This document shows positions 18,541-28,815 of a stretch of DNA of 64,000 nucleotides, piece after piece. The stretch lies in NCBI GenBank assembly GCA_964549615.1, contig CAZJVP010000020.1:160001-224000 (forward strand), in the 5' to 3' direction. Position numbers and translations under genes: made by a program. Each line of letters opens with the position of its first letter. Positions within the stretch are counted from its first letter, which is position 1. Below the pieces are notes generated by a model. The model was not told the origin of the DNA, ran no database searches, and worked only from the letters and a program-made list of their open reading frames with translations. Origin of the DNA: an uncultured Thermococci archaeon. Lineage in GTDB: Archaea; CAYQAE01; CAYVLA01.

Positions 18541-19223
18541 TCCCGCTCAAGCGATGAGGTAAGAGCCCTTGCTGACCCGGATGAGGACGATCTTGAGTTC
18601 CGAGCTTGTGGGGGGCCGCCTGCGAGCCTTGCAAGGACGGATCCAAGCGATCTTTCGTCGTTGACGTTGGTGAAGCAATCTAGCCTCGGGTCGATCAGCC
18701 GGATGGCTTCCACGGGCATGTAGTACGTATTCAGCGTTTCGAAGAGCCTGGATACCCGCCGAACGCCTGATCGGCAGATCGCCTCCAAAGGGCCCAGCGC
18801 AGGGGTTCTGCTCAAGATTGAGTGAAGCGGCTCCAGGAAACCGTTCGGATGGGTGGGAACGACGGCCTGATAGCCCCGCATCGCTGCAAACTCGCAGTCA
18901 ATCACCTCCCTTTTCAGGAACGGCATGTCCACTCCAACGACAAGCACCTCGCGGCAATCAAGCGCGCGGCAGCCGGCAAGAACTCCCCCCAGTATGCCCT
19001 GGTATTCGTCAACGACCGCGTTCAGGCCTGTCAAGCGATGGTAGCGGTGCGCCCTCTCTGCGCTGGATGTGGAGATCACCACCTCGTCGAGGAATTCCAG
19101 GCGGGCTGCCACCTCCTCCAAGAGGGTCCTGCCGTTGCCGAGATCAAGGAGGGCCTTGTCGAGGCCATGGAACCGGGATGAACTTCCGCCGGCAAGCACG
19201 ACGCAGCCTCTCCGCCCCTTCAT
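18537..19223 (-). CDS. mobA: Molybdenum cofactor guanylyltransferase
   Basis: VLAGGSSSRF..DKALL, GVDMPF, LEPLH, FTNVN. Confidence 0.88.
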   Translation of the reverse strand: MKGRRGCVVLAGGSSSRFHGLDKALLDLGNGRTLLEEVAARLEFLDEVVISTSSAERAHRYHRLTGLNAVVDEYQGILGGVLAGCRALDCREVLVVGVDMPFLKREVIDCEFAAMRGYQAVVPTHPNGFLEPLHSILSRTPALGPLEAICRSGVRRVSRLFETLNTYYMPVEAIRLIDPRLDCFTNVNDERSLGSVLARLAGGPPQARNSRSSSSGSARALTSSLERD

Positions 19224-19262
19224 CCCAACCCACCCACCCCTCCTGGAAAGCGCGCGGACGCT

Positions 19263-20021
19263 TCACGAACCCCCATGATGCCTGGCCGCGATGTGCTTGA
19301 TCTTGCCAATGATCGTGCCGTCCTCGAGTATGATCGTGGCGTTGGGGAGATCCAGGCAAGTCCTTGCTAGCGGGCCGAGCGGCGTTTCCACGTTGAAGCC
19401 GGTGCCGCCGAGGAGCTTGTTGAAACTCGGCAGCACGATGATCCTAAGCTTTTCGTTGTAGTCCGGCAGCTCGCCCGGATAGCGATCCAGCACCTTCTTC
19501 CATACGAGCCTGGACTCCACGAAACAACTTAGCCTAGTTTCCAAGCCCAGAGAGTCCTTCAGAACCAAGGCAGGATGGCTGTGGCCCATGACCACGTACC
19601 TGCACTTCAGAAGCTCCGTGTTCGGCCAAGTGTGGCCGTGAAAGAAACCAACGTTGCCCCTTACCTCGCCCCGGGTATTGCCGAAGGATACGTTGCTGCC
19701 ATGGAGGATGGATGAAAGCCCGACGTCGTGGTTGCCTTTGATTACCGTGACCTTGACCCCGAGATCCCGGACGAAACGCTCCAGCTCCTCGTATTCCCAA
19801 GCCCCGACGTAGGGTATGTTGTGCTTGAAGTCACCCGCCACGATCAACTCCTTCGGCTCCACCTCCCTGATCATGGCCAAGAGCCGGGCCTTAATCTTCT
19901 GCGTTTGCGACGGAATCCTGAGCCCGCTTCGAAGCAGCTCGAACTCGTATCCCAGGTGGAGATCGGCCACCGCCAGGACTCCCTGCCTTTCAAGGAACAC
20001 TCCCCTCTCAATAGGGCGCAT
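19263..20021 (-). CDS. Calcineurin-like metallophosphoesterase
   Basis: ADLHLG, GDFKH, GNHD, FHGH, MGHSHP, LPSFN. Confidence 0.9.
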   Translation of the reverse strand: MRPIERGVFLERQGVLAVADLHLGYEFELLRSGLRIPSQTQKIKARLLAMIREVEPKELIVAGDFKHNIPYVGAWEYEELERFVRDLGVKVTVIKGNHDVGLSSILHGSNVSFGNTRGEVRGNVGFFHGHTWPNTELLKCRYVVMGHSHPALVLKDSLGLETRLSCFVESRLVWKKVLDRYPGELPDYNEKLRIIVLPSFNKLLGGTGFNVETPLGPLARTCLDLPNATIILEDGTIIGKIKHIAARHHGGS

Positions 20022-20089
20022 CCTGGCCCCCGGTGGGGCGACTCATTGAAATGTAGCTCCGCGCGGGCTCCGTTCCTGACTAACCAGGA

Positions 20090-21229
20090 TCATCCGACCT
20101 CAACGACGGGTGGATTGATGAAGTCGTGGTATTTGCCCGCGACATCGGCCTCCGCCGTCGTGCCGTCGTGCACATAAAGCCTGTAGCGGAAAACGAGCTC
20201 CCGTCCGGCCTCCAGGGTGTAGTCGCCGTTCACGGACTTGTCGCCGGTGAAGTGGCTCAGGCCGAAGCAGTTGGCAGTCATCAGTCCGTAGTTGCGAACG
20301 TGCCAGTTGGTCGGGTGGCGGAGGTTGGTCGAGTGGTCCATGATGGCGATGCCGGCGACCTTCCCCTCGGTGGGACCGTAGTAATCGCACCAGTGGGCTT
20401 TCTTGCCCCAGGTCTCCCGCTCGTTAATGCCGCCGTAGGAGTTGACTATGGTGCCCCCTCTCGGAACATCTATTGAACTCGCCATCCTGACCGAAATGAT
20501 GCCGCCTTCCTTGGTGTCCCCAAAAACGACCCTGCCCTCCGTCGCCTTGAAATTCACGACGACGTCGAAGATGTGGCCTTTCTCCGTCACGTTGTAGAAG
20601 GTGAACGTGCTTTCCTCGGTCAGGACCTTCTTTCCGACCGAGTCAACCCAGTCATTGCGAACCCCGATCTTGGCGTAGACTGGGCCCGAGATCCTGGAGA
20701 GGAACTCCCTGTGAACGGTCGCACCATGCCCTTTCTCCTCGCTCCAGTTGTCAACCTTGTTCACATCCCCATGTGCTATCCAGATGGATCTGTGATGTCG
20801 ATGGTCGCTGGTCTCCCCTGGGACGCCCTGGATCATGGGGTAGGAGCGGGTGACCTTGGCTCCGCAAGGAGCTACGACCGGGAAGAGGTACGGCCTAACG
20901 AAGTCCTTCCCGCCGTAATGGTAGGTTGTGAAGTGCCTCCCCGAGATCCTGACGTCGACCATGTTCTCTTTCTGACCAAGCTCAGCCTTCTCGGCGGATC
21001 TGGGCTTCTTCCCTTCCTTCAGGGCATACTCGGCAGTCCCGCCCGCCCCCAACCTCTTCACGATGAATGAAAGCTGGGTCTGCTCGCCCGAGGGCTCAAG
21101 TTGACACGGCACCTCTTCTCCCTTCTCATCGTACAGGGTCGCCTGCGCAATCTTCGTAGGTAGAAGGACGTTCACCGGACAGAAGTTTCGATCATGATTC
21201 CCTGCGTTTACTACGATCCTCCTCTCCAA
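20090..21229 (-). CDS. DUF6807-like ('PmoA' family) putative carbohydrate-active beta-sandwich protein
   Basis: RPYLFPV, VTRSYP, DHRHHRSIW, FGDTKEG, HPTNWHVRNYGL, FRYRLYVH. Confidence 0.75.
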   Translation of the reverse strand: MERRIVVNAGNHDRNFCPVNVLLPTKIAQATLYDEKGEEVPCQLEPSGEQTQLSFIVKRLGAGGTAEYALKEGKKPRSAEKAELGQKENMVDVRISGRHFTTYHYGGKDFVRPYLFPVVAPCGAKVTRSYPMIQGVPGETSDHRHHRSIWIAHGDVNKVDNWSEEKGHGATVHREFLSRISGPVYAKIGVRNDWVDSVGKKVLTEESTFTFYNVTEKGHIFDVVVNFKATEGRVVFGDTKEGGIISVRMASSIDVPRGGTIVNSYGGINERETWGKKAHWCDYYGPTEGKVAGIAIMDHSTNLRHPTNWHVRNYGLMTANCFGLSHFTGDKSVNGDYTLEAGRELVFRYRLYVHDGTTAEADVAGKYHDFINPPVVEVG

Positions 21230-21316
21230 TCTCCTTCCTCCGAAGCCGGCGGCCCGTCGGCCATCTTATAACTATTGCTATCCTGTCGTTACTCTCCAAC
21301 GATCCTCTCAAGCCCT

Positions 21317-22480
21317 TCACTTGGGCGTGTTCCCGCGCCGGCTGACACAGTTCAAGAAGACGCCTGAGAGAGTTGCTGACACGACCGCCTGCGTCCCTGC
21401 CTCGCACCTATCTTTCCCGCTAACCGGCCGACCTCCGCAGCTCCGTGTCCTAACCCAGCCGTGACGCTGCAACGAGAACTTTGCGCCAAGGCGGGATCCT
21501 GCCGACATCAGCATGACGCCCACTAGGATTACTCCACCGGCATGCGCTTCGCGGACGGTCATCCTTATCACCCGGACCCTGTTGGGATCCCTCTCGACGA
21601 TCCCGGCCAGCAGGCTTCCGTCCTGAAGCGGACAGAATGCTATGTCGTATGGTGTCTCGAGGGCAGGCTGCCCCGCCACGAGTCCAAAATCTCCGAGGTG
21701 CTCACCGACCGAGTCGAAGAGATAAATCCTGTTCGCCCCGAAATCCGCCACGGCCACAAGGCCGCCGGGGGATATGCCTATGCCGACGGGGCGGGTGAAC
21801 CTCAGACGGCTCTGTATGTCCCATATCGTTCGGTTGAAGGAGAAGTCAGGATTGAATACCTGTACGCGTCTGACGTAACCCTCCGCCTCGAGGTAGGTAT
21901 CCACGACGAAGAGCCGGGCGCTCGAATCGAAGCAAAGGTCAAGAGGTCCATCGAACTCGCCTTCGCCCGTACCCCACGAGCCAACGGTCAACGTTGGATT
22001 CAGATCAGGCCCTAGGATCTGAACCCTCCTGTTCAGCGCATCGGCGATCGCCACCCTGCCGAGAAAGTCAACCGATATGCCCCAAGGGAGGCTGAACTCG
22101 GCCGGACCCGTCCCGAAGGATCCCAGAGCGCACAGGACCGACAGCTGGGGGCTGAGCACGACTATCCGATCGTTTCCGCCGTCGGACGCCCAGATCCTCC
22201 CCAGTTGGTCCACGGCTACCCCGCGCGGCCGGTTGAGCACGCCCACGAGCGTCTTGTTTATTGACAGATCCATGTTCAGGAGAAGAAGCCGATCATTGCC
22301 GGTGTCCGACACAACCCAAAATCCCGACGGATGATAGGCTATCGAGTTGGGAGCCAGAAGCCCAGGGCAGGATACGGCAACGCTCGAGATGCTAACGGGC
22401 ATAACCGCCATGGCGCAGGGAAGGGAAACAAAGAACACGATGAGAATGCGACCCGGCGCGTTCAGCCGATCATCTCCCAT
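21317..22480 (-). CDS. Secreted NHL-repeat beta-propeller protein
   Basis: Hydrophobic N-terminus; repeats PNSIA/PRGVAVD/PWGISVD/PLDLCFD/PVGIGIS with D-x-x-N-x-R; hydrophobic segment near the C-terminus. Confidence 0.85.
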   Translation of the reverse strand: MGDDRLNAPGRILIVFFVSLPCAMAVMPVSISSVAVSCPGLLAPNSIAYHPSGFWVVSDTGNDRLLLLNMDLSINKTLVGVLNRPRGVAVDQLGRIWASDGGNDRIVVLSPQLSVLCALGSFGTGPAEFSLPWGISVDFLGRVAIADALNRRVQILGPDLNPTLTVGSWGTGEGEFDGPLDLCFDSSARLFVVDTYLEAEGYVRRVQVFNPDFSFNRTIWDIQSRLRFTRPVGIGISPGGLVAVADFGANRIYLFDSVGEHLGDFGLVAGQPALETPYDIAFCPLQDGSLLAGIVERDPNRVRVIRMTVREAHAGGVILVGVMLMSAGSRLGAKFSLQRHGWVRTRSCGGRPVSGKDRCEAGTQAVVSATLSGVFLNCVSRRGNTPK

Positions 22481-24114
22481 ATCTTTCGCTGGACCGCCCA
22501 GATATCGGCAACCTGATACCGATCCCGGTCCTTGACGAGCGAGGACGCGAAGGAGTGCCGGTAGTTGTACCACAGAAGCATCTGGACCTGGGGGTGGCGG
22601 CTGGCAACCTCGTAGTAGAGCATCGTCTCCTCCTCGTTCAGCGGGATGAACGACCATTCCCTCCACACCCGAAAATCGTCCAGCCAAACCTTGCATGAGT
22701 TCGGGCCGACGAACAGGCGTATCTGCGAGAAGGCCTCAGGGAGCCTCGCGTAGGGTAGCCTAGTCTGGGCTTCGCCGTCGAACCAGACCGTCCACCTGTA
22801 GGCGTCGGCGTCGAATTCGATGACAACGGAATGCCAGACCCCGGGTCGGACGTCGACGGTCCTGTTGATGATCTCCACGCGCATGCCATCGTCGATTAGC
22901 ATCTCCCTATCCCGGAAGCCGAGCCTCACGGGATCCTGATCCCCATCCCCCACAGAGACCCAGAAGTCCGGAGACCCGGCCGGCTCCACCGCGAAATAGA
23001 ACGCCACCTTGCCGCTATGCACTCTGGGAAAGCTGAAGGCGGCCGTCGCTTTCCCCAACCTGCCATCGAGCATCAGGGATCTACCTCCTTTGTGGCTCAG
23101 TTGGGTGGTTACCTTGATGCCGTCGCCATCGACCTCCCATGCGGCGGGGACCAGCCCGGCTTGGGTCGATTCGAAACCTTCGGACACCGAGAACTCCGGG
23201 TCGGTGTTATCCGCATCGAAGAAGGGTGCCGACCCAGGATCGAATGCTTGCCCGACCAGAACGACCGGCCTGTTGAATGAACAGGCCCACGAAACGTCGC
23301 TCTCCACCATGGCCCTGTCCCCGGTGTGGCGATAGTCTGGTGGGCGGTCATCGTGGTAAGCGTAGAAGTACGGATCGACGCCCACGATGTCGCAGGCCGC
23401 TGGGGTGTCCCCTATCCACTCGTCATACCGGACCAACCTCCCGTCCGGCAGGGTATAGGCGTAGGTGTTCCCCTGCCTGTGGAACATGACCATGACGGGC
23501 TTGTTCCAGAAGATCGAGCGCGCCGCGTCGCACATCTCGACAAGCATGTTCGGAGTGACGTTCCGGGGAGAGACCCACGGCTCATCGTAGACATAGATGG
23601 CGACGATGTGTTCCCTGTAGGGGCGGAATTTCTCCTCGTAGATCCTCATCTCCTGCACTAGGAGCTCTCTCCTCTCATGGGCGCTGGTGGGCCTGGGATC
23701 GAGGAAGTAGCAGTACTTCGCCAAAGTATGGACGAAGAGGATGATGCTGAGGTTGTTCTCGACGCACGAATCGACATACGAGGGATCATAGTAGTATGCC
23801 CTCGGATTCTGGACGACATGGGGCACGACTATCACGTTTGACTGCTGGGCCACGTTGCGTATGTGGTTGGAGTTGTCGGACCAGTCACGCAAGGAGTAGT
23901 TCGGATCGGAGGCAAGCTCGTCGCGGAAGAATGTGGAGATGGAGTTGTCGAACACCTCGAAGTATCCTTGGTAGCGCAGTCCCCCAATGCTATGGTTTCG
24001 ACCTCTAGGCCCTTCCTTCTCGCCGCGGAACAGGACGTGCATCAGCGCCGCTCCCAGGAGGGCGATCACGGCCGCCCCTACGAAGAGCCGAACGGCGAAC
24101 CTCCTAGGAATCAT
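22462..24114 (-). CDS. Membrane-anchored glycoside-hydrolase-like TIM barrel with inserted concanavalin/LamG-like domain
   Basis: N-terminal TM; AIYVYDEP, DIVGVDPY, RPVVLVGQAF; beta-rich insert EGFE...WHSVVIEFD...VWLDDFRV. Confidence 0.6.
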   Translation of the reverse strand: MIPRRFAVRLFVGAAVIALLGAALMHVLFRGEKEGPRGRNHSIGGLRYQGYFEVFDNSISTFFRDELASDPNYSLRDWSDNSNHIRNVAQQSNVIVVPHVVQNPRAYYYDPSYVDSCVENNLSIILFVHTLAKYCYFLDPRPTSAHERRELLVQEMRIYEEKFRPYREHIVAIYVYDEPWVSPRNVTPNMLVEMCDAARSIFWNKPVMVMFHRQGNTYAYTLPDGRLVRYDEWIGDTPAACDIVGVDPYFYAYHDDRPPDYRHTGDRAMVESDVSWACSFNRPVVLVGQAFDPGSAPFFDADNTDPEFSVSEGFESTQAGLVPAAWEVDGDGIKVTTQLSHKGGRSLMLDGRLGKATAAFSFPRVHSGKVAFYFAVEPAGSPDFWVSVGDGDQDPVRLGFRDREMLIDDGMRVEIINRTVDVRPGVWHSVVIEFDADAYRWTVWFDGEAQTRLPYARLPEAFSQIRLFVGPNSCKVWLDDFRVWREWSFIPLNEEETMLYYEVASRHPQVQMLLWYNYRHSFASSLVKDRDRYQVADIWAVQRKIWEMIG

Positions 24115-24194
24115 CCTGTATATCACGCATGCCGTGCAGGTTAAAACCTGTTCCTGTCGGCACCAGACATCGCCGGGATGGCCCAAGCAAACGT

Positions 24195-26213
24195 TCAGCT
24201 GCCGGCCACCGGCACCAACACGTCCTCCAGCCTGAGGGCAAGATAGGGGGCCCAGGACTTCAGAGACAGGGAGAGCGGCGAGCTAACGTTGTGCAACGAT
24301 ATGCGGCAAACCTTCCCCTTCTCAGATGCTGGAATCGTGAATACAGGGAAGGAAAGTGTATCCCTTGCAGGCATGTCGGCTATGACCGTGCCCCCGCAGA
24401 CGATTCTGACGAAGGCCCGATCGACGCCCTTACCCGTGCAGAACACCTGTATCGTCGTCTCGTTTGAGGGCGGCATCCAGTAGAAGTCTGCATCGGCCGC
24501 AACCTCCACGGGCTGAACCAAAGCCCATGAGGCTTTATCGGCGGACAGGATGTAAGGCACGGTTGAGTTGGCCCTAAGAATCGTCGGGAGGGGAACGGTG
24601 GTCTTGTCAACGGTGCCGGCCACCGGATGCCTCGTTGACAGCTCCCCCCTGGTGCCCGTTTCAACCTCCATTGCCCTGAGGAGCGATCCCTTTGAGTCAA
24701 ACAGGGCAGCAAGGCAGGGCACGCCGCTTCCTGCCTGCACTTGAATCCCCATCCTCGGATGCTCCGCGAAGATGACCGCCGTGTTCAAGCCGGAAAGGGC
24801 GACGCTGGCTCCGCCGGCCGACTTCCCGTATTCCAGGGGGACGAACGACTGCACGCTGGTCGCCGCGTCCACGATGTCGACCGGATCGAAGCTATTGGGG
24901 TTGAACTGGAAGGGCGAGGGCCGGTCCCCCAGCTGAAGCGTCTGGTCTATCTCGCTGTTTGCCAGCCGGTACGCGTCCCACCATTCGGATGTGGCCGTTT
25001 CGGCCGAAATATAGAACAGCCAGTAGCCACCCCCCTTGACCGCCAGGGAGTACAGGTGGTACGGGACCGTCACAGGGTAGAACCACCTCAAGAGCTCCAC
25101 ACCGCCTGCCCAGACCGCGTTGAGCTTCCTCTCCCTAATGCGCTCAACCTGCGACTCGGCATAGGTCAGCCCCTCGGGCAGCATGGGCGCATCCGTTCTG
25201 AACCACCCGCTATGAGTTGAGAATCCGAATCTGTATGTGCTCTCGTCGAGGACGACGAATGGTAGGCCCTTCGCCGAGAACGCCTTTGCCATTGCCTCCG
25301 TATACCAGTTGTCCAAAGGGTTCCCGAGCACGCCGAAGATCAGATCCGGGTTGAGCTTCCTTGCCTGCCTTGCAACCTTCGAGAACATTTCCACGGCCGT
25401 GTCCCCCAGGTATGAGTAGTAACGGTCAAGCGCCCCGGCGTCCTGCAGCCATGCGTACCTCTGTGATTTCTCGACCTGCTCCTGGCGCCCGATGCTTCGC
25501 GCGAAGCCGTAGAAGCAATGATCGCAGAAACAGGTAAGGTTGCTGTACCTCGTGGGCCACGCGCCGTAGAGCTCGGCATCATACATTATCCCCTCTATTC
25601 CGCACTCCCTCGAGATGCGCGCAACGGCCAAGGTCTGGTTGGTGATGATGGCATCGAGGTAGTCCTCGTCGAAAGGACACGGCGGAGCATAGTCCGCGAT
25701 GAAGCCATCCTTGGTGACCGACTTGCGCCAGTTCCCCTCGGAAAGGTAGCTCCTGGATAGCCAGTAGATAGAGACGAAGAGATGGAGACCTTTCTCCTTA
25801 CAGTGCTCGCCAATGCTTCGCATCCTGTCAACATCCAGTGGGGCCCTCGGCAACGGCCAGATAACAGAGTTCAGCCCTGCCCGTGACAGATTCTCTGCGT
25901 AGGCAGACGGATCCGGACAATAGGCTGCCCTCAGTTTGGCGGAGAATATCCAAGCCGCCGCCTCAGAGCCAGGCTGCCGGCCCCTGAGAACGAGCAGTGT
26001 GAGCAGCAAGGTCGCGACAAGGATGGCCGACACGGCAAGAGCCGGGCTCCGTCTCTTGGCCATGCCCTTCCCGGGCTTTGCCGATGGGCATGCATGGTTC
26101 CTGGGCGAGGAATGCTTGAGACAGAATACCTCTCCACACTTATTGCACTTGTACCACCTGTGAACGGGTCTGCCGCACTCACGGCACGTCCGCATGGAAG
26201 CCTCTTCGGACAC
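24195..26213 (-). CDS. AN1-type zinc finger / TM / glycoside-hydrolase-like protein
   Basis: Cx2Cx9Cx2Cx4Cx2Hx5HxC at the N-terminus, TM ALAVSAILVATLLLTLLV, then PCPFD, EGIMYDAELY, CFCDHC..F, ARKLNPDLIFG. Confidence 0.7.
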   Translation of the reverse strand: MSEEASMRTCRECGRPVHRWYKCNKCGEVFCLKHSSPRNHACPSAKPGKGMAKRRSPALAVSAILVATLLLTLLVLRGRQPGSEAAAWIFSAKLRAAYCPDPSAYAENLSRAGLNSVIWPLPRAPLDVDRMRSIGEHCKEKGLHLFVSIYWLSRSYLSEGNWRKSVTKDGFIADYAPPCPFDEDYLDAIITNQTLAVARISRECGIEGIMYDAELYGAWPTRYSNLTCFCDHCFYGFARSIGRQEQVEKSQRYAWLQDAGALDRYYSYLGDTAVEMFSKVARQARKLNPDLIFGVLGNPLDNWYTEAMAKAFSAKGLPFVVLDESTYRFGFSTHSGWFRTDAPMLPEGLTYAESQVERIRERKLNAVWAGGVELLRWFYPVTVPYHLYSLAVKGGGYWLFYISAETATSEWWDAYRLANSEIDQTLQLGDRPSPFQFNPNSFDPVDIVDAATSVQSFVPLEYGKSAGGASVALSGLNTAVIFAEHPRMGIQVQAGSGVPCLAALFDSKGSLLRAMEVETGTRGELSTRHPVAGTVDKTTVPLPTILRANSTVPYILSADKASWALVQPVEVAADADFYWMPPSNETTIQVFCTGKGVDRAFVRIVCGGTVIADMPARDTLSFPVFTIPASEKGKVCRISLHNVSSPLSLSLKSWAPYLALRLEDVLVPVAGS

Positions 26214-26315
26214 GTCAATCAGCCGGGGCCAAGTCCAATTAATAGTGTTGCCCGCAGGGCGTGCCTAGACCCGGATCGCCTACGGCAAGCCGTTGAGGAT
26301 ATCCGTTGCCACGCG

Positions 26316-26609
26316 ATGCCCCCTGATCCCGAAGCAGGTCGGCCGCATGGAGCGGCCTCGCACCTTGGTCCGGATCTTGAGCGCTGGGATCAGCAGCGCA
26401 GCTTCTCGAATCCGATCCTCCGAACGGCCTCCAGAAGCCATCAGTTGGCGTGCCTTCGGGGCAGGCTTGCGAACGGACTTGAGGGCCTCATCGCAGGCAG
26501 CCAAAAGCTCGCATCGATCGCGGAGGATCCCGCCGCGGCCATGATCGCCCGGGAGATCGCCGATGGAATCATTGCCCGCACGAATGCGATTGGACGTCCA
26601 CGAGCCTAG
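26316..26609 (+). CDS. Small hypothetical protein (start uncertain)
   Basis: Open frame filling the gap and ending at a shared CTAG with the convergent enolase-superfamily gene; no recognisable motif. Confidence 0.35.
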   Translation: MPPDPEAGRPHGAASHLGPDLERWDQQRSFSNPILRTASRSHQLACLRGRLANGLEGLIAGSQKLASIAEDPAAAMIAREIADGIIARTNAIGRPRA

Positions 26610-27697
26610 CAACTATAGCGTGCTAGCTGCTTTTCGTCCACGTCGATGCCAAGACCGGGACCGTTCGGCAGCATCAGCCTGCCCTTGCGCAGTTTCGGCT
26701 TTCGCTTGAGAAGATCGGCACGAAACATCCAAGGGCCAATCAGCTCCGCGCCCCAGGTAAAGACCGTCGATGTGACGGCGAGCTGTAGCCCGGCAAGGGT
26801 TCCTATGCCCAGCTCGGGCATGCTTCCCAGCATGCAGGGCATACCGGCCGCCTCTGCCACCGCCGCAAGCTTGGCGGAAGGCCGAATTCCCCCGGGCTTC
26901 ATGATCTTGATGTTGAACGCATCGGCCGCTTTCTCTTCCAAGACCCTGTTCGCATCCTCAGCGCTGTATAGGCTTTCATCCACCATTATCGGGATTGATA
27001 TCTTCCGGCGCAGTTTGGCCATCTCCGACAGCGCCGCTCTGGGCAACGGTTGCTCCATCACCGCCACGCCGTACTGCGTCAACGCCCTCCCTACTCGAAC
27101 CGCGGTCTCCAGGTCGTACCCCTGGTTTGCATCCACCTTTAGGACGATGTTGGGGCCGACGGCCTGCCTCACGGCTGCGACCCTCTCGACATCAACGGTT
27201 GGTTCGTCACCCACCTTGACCTTCACCGTCTTGAAGCCCACGTCAACGTACCGCTTGGCCTCCCTGGCCATGTCCTCGGCCGGCTTGAACCCTATGGCCC
27301 ATGAGAGATCGATCCCGCCTGCAACCGCTCCGCCCATCAGCCTGAAGATCGGTAGTCCCAGGCTTCTGGCCGCCAGGTCATGTAGGGCGATGTCGATGCC
27401 CGCCAGGGCAAAGCAATCGGCCCCGGCTTTCTTCATCGACTGATGTATCGCTTGGATGTCCAACGGGTCCTGCCCGATGAGGAGCGCCTTCAGCCTTTCG
27501 ATCTCCGCGACAACGGTCTCCTGCGTTTGGGGAGAATAGGACGACATCGGGGACGATTCGCCGTAGCCCACCTGCCCGTCACTTGACACCATGCGCACGA
27601 CTGCGTGCTTTCCATGCGTCGCTTTTCCTCCAGCTATCACGAACGGTTCGACGAAAGGAACCGAGACCGGAATTATCTCCACGTCGGTTATCCTCAC
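26606..27697 (-). CDS. Enolase superfamily, muconate lactonizing enzyme (MLE) subgroup racemase/epimerase/cycloisomerase
   Basis: KVKVG (KxK), DANQG, EQP, DES metal ligands, NIKIMK, ELIG, GPGLGIDVD. Confidence 0.92.
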   Translation of the reverse strand: MRITDVEIIPVSVPFVEPFVIAGGKATHGKHAVVRMVSSDGQVGYGESSPMSSYSPQTQETVVAEIERLKALLIGQDPLDIQAIHQSMKKAGADCFALAGIDIALHDLAARSLGLPIFRLMGGAVAGGIDLSWAIGFKPAEDMAREAKRYVDVGFKTVKVKVGDEPTVDVERVAAVRQAVGPNIVLKVDANQGYDLETAVRVGRALTQYGVAVMEQPLPRAALSEMAKLRRKISIPIMVDESLYSAEDANRVLEEKAADAFNIKIMKPGGIRPSAKLAAVAEAAGMPCMLGSMPELGIGTLAGLQLAVTSTVFTWGAELIGPWMFRADLLKRKPKLRKGRLMLPNGPGLGIDVDEKQLARYSC

Positions 27698-28803
27698 TTC
27701 TCTCCCGCCTGCAACAGCCGTCTTGCTACGCCAAAATAGATCCGGTAGGCCTTCTCAACTTGGGCGAGTTCGACGAACTCATCCGGGGAGTGCGCCTGGG
27801 CGACGTTTCCCGGGCCCAGAACCAGGGTGTCGGCGCCCATGATGTTCCTGAAGGGATCCGCCTCCGTCCAACCCCTGAATCCGCTTGGAGGGATCGCAGC
27901 GCCCAAAATCTCTTCCTCGCAGCTGGCAACGACCTCGAGAAGCCTGGACGCGGGGGCAGACTCCATCGGATCTCCTCTCTTGTAGACCCCAAACTCCGCG
28001 CCCATGCCCTCGACCAGCTTCCTCATCTTGTCGATGGCATCCGACACGGACATCCCCGGCATCACCCGGACATCCACGCTCGCATGGCAGCGATCTGGAA
28101 TCCGGTTCGTCGCATCGCCCCCCGAAATGATGCCAAGATTGGTTGACGGGCGACCGACCAAGGGGTGGGCCGGGAACTTCGAAACCAGTTCATCCAGCTC
28201 CCGGCAGAGCTCGAACATCGACATCACTGCACTTCTCCCGCTCCAAGGAGACGATCCGTGCCCCCCCGTGCCCCTCGTAACCAGGTCGACGAACACCAGG
28301 CCACCGTGCGCAGTGACGGGAGCCAACCCGGTCGGCTCACCCACGATCGCGAAGTCGCAGCGATAGCCGCTCGCCACGCAGGTTCTCACGCCATTGCTCG
28401 ACACCTCCTCGTCGATCGACACCAAAAGATCCAGGCGACCCTTTGGCCTCAAGCAAGCCAACTCCTGCAACGCAAAGAGCATGGCGGTTATGCTTGCCTT
28501 GTCGTCGCACGACCCTAGACCCCGAACGATGAGGCCGTCCATGACGGACCTAGGCACCGAACCCCCGCTGGGAGGCACGGTGTCGGCATGGGCATTCAGG
28601 CAAAGGATCGGACTGCCGGATCCGATGCTCGCGAGAAGGTTGTACCTACCCTGGCCCATCGGATAGCGTGTGATGGACGCCCCGATCCGGCCTAGCTGAT
28701 CCTCTAGGAAGGACATGATCTCCTTCTCATTGCCCGTCACGCTGTCGATGTCAACTAGATCGCAAAGCAGCCTACCCAGACTGGCTCGAATTCCCGGGCT
28801 CAT
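27694..28803 (-). CDS. M20 family metallo-amidohydrolase (ArgE/DapE-like)
   Basis: AHADTVP, GSCDDKAS, DEE, GEPT, NRIPD, AHSPDE. Confidence 0.92.
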   Translation of the reverse strand: MSPGIRASLGRLLCDLVDIDSVTGNEKEIMSFLEDQLGRIGASITRYPMGQGRYNLLASIGSGSPILCLNAHADTVPPSGGSVPRSVMDGLIVRGLGSCDDKASITAMLFALQELACLRPKGRLDLLVSIDEEVSSNGVRTCVASGYRCDFAIVGEPTGLAPVTAHGGLVFVDLVTRGTGGHGSSPWSGRSAVMSMFELCRELDELVSKFPAHPLVGRPSTNLGIISGGDATNRIPDRCHASVDVRVMPGMSVSDAIDKMRKLVEGMGAEFGVYKRGDPMESAPASRLLEVVASCEEEILGAAIPPSGFRGWTEADPFRNIMGADTLVLGPGNVAQAHSPDEFVELAQVEKAYRIYFGVARRLLQAGEK

Positions 28804-28815
28804 TCAAGCTCCCAT

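Noticed and set aside
20090-21229. 'PmoA' label as evidence of methane oxidation
   Set aside because: Soluble beta-rich protein with no TM helices and no pmoB/pmoC; the family name does not imply particulate methane monooxygenase.
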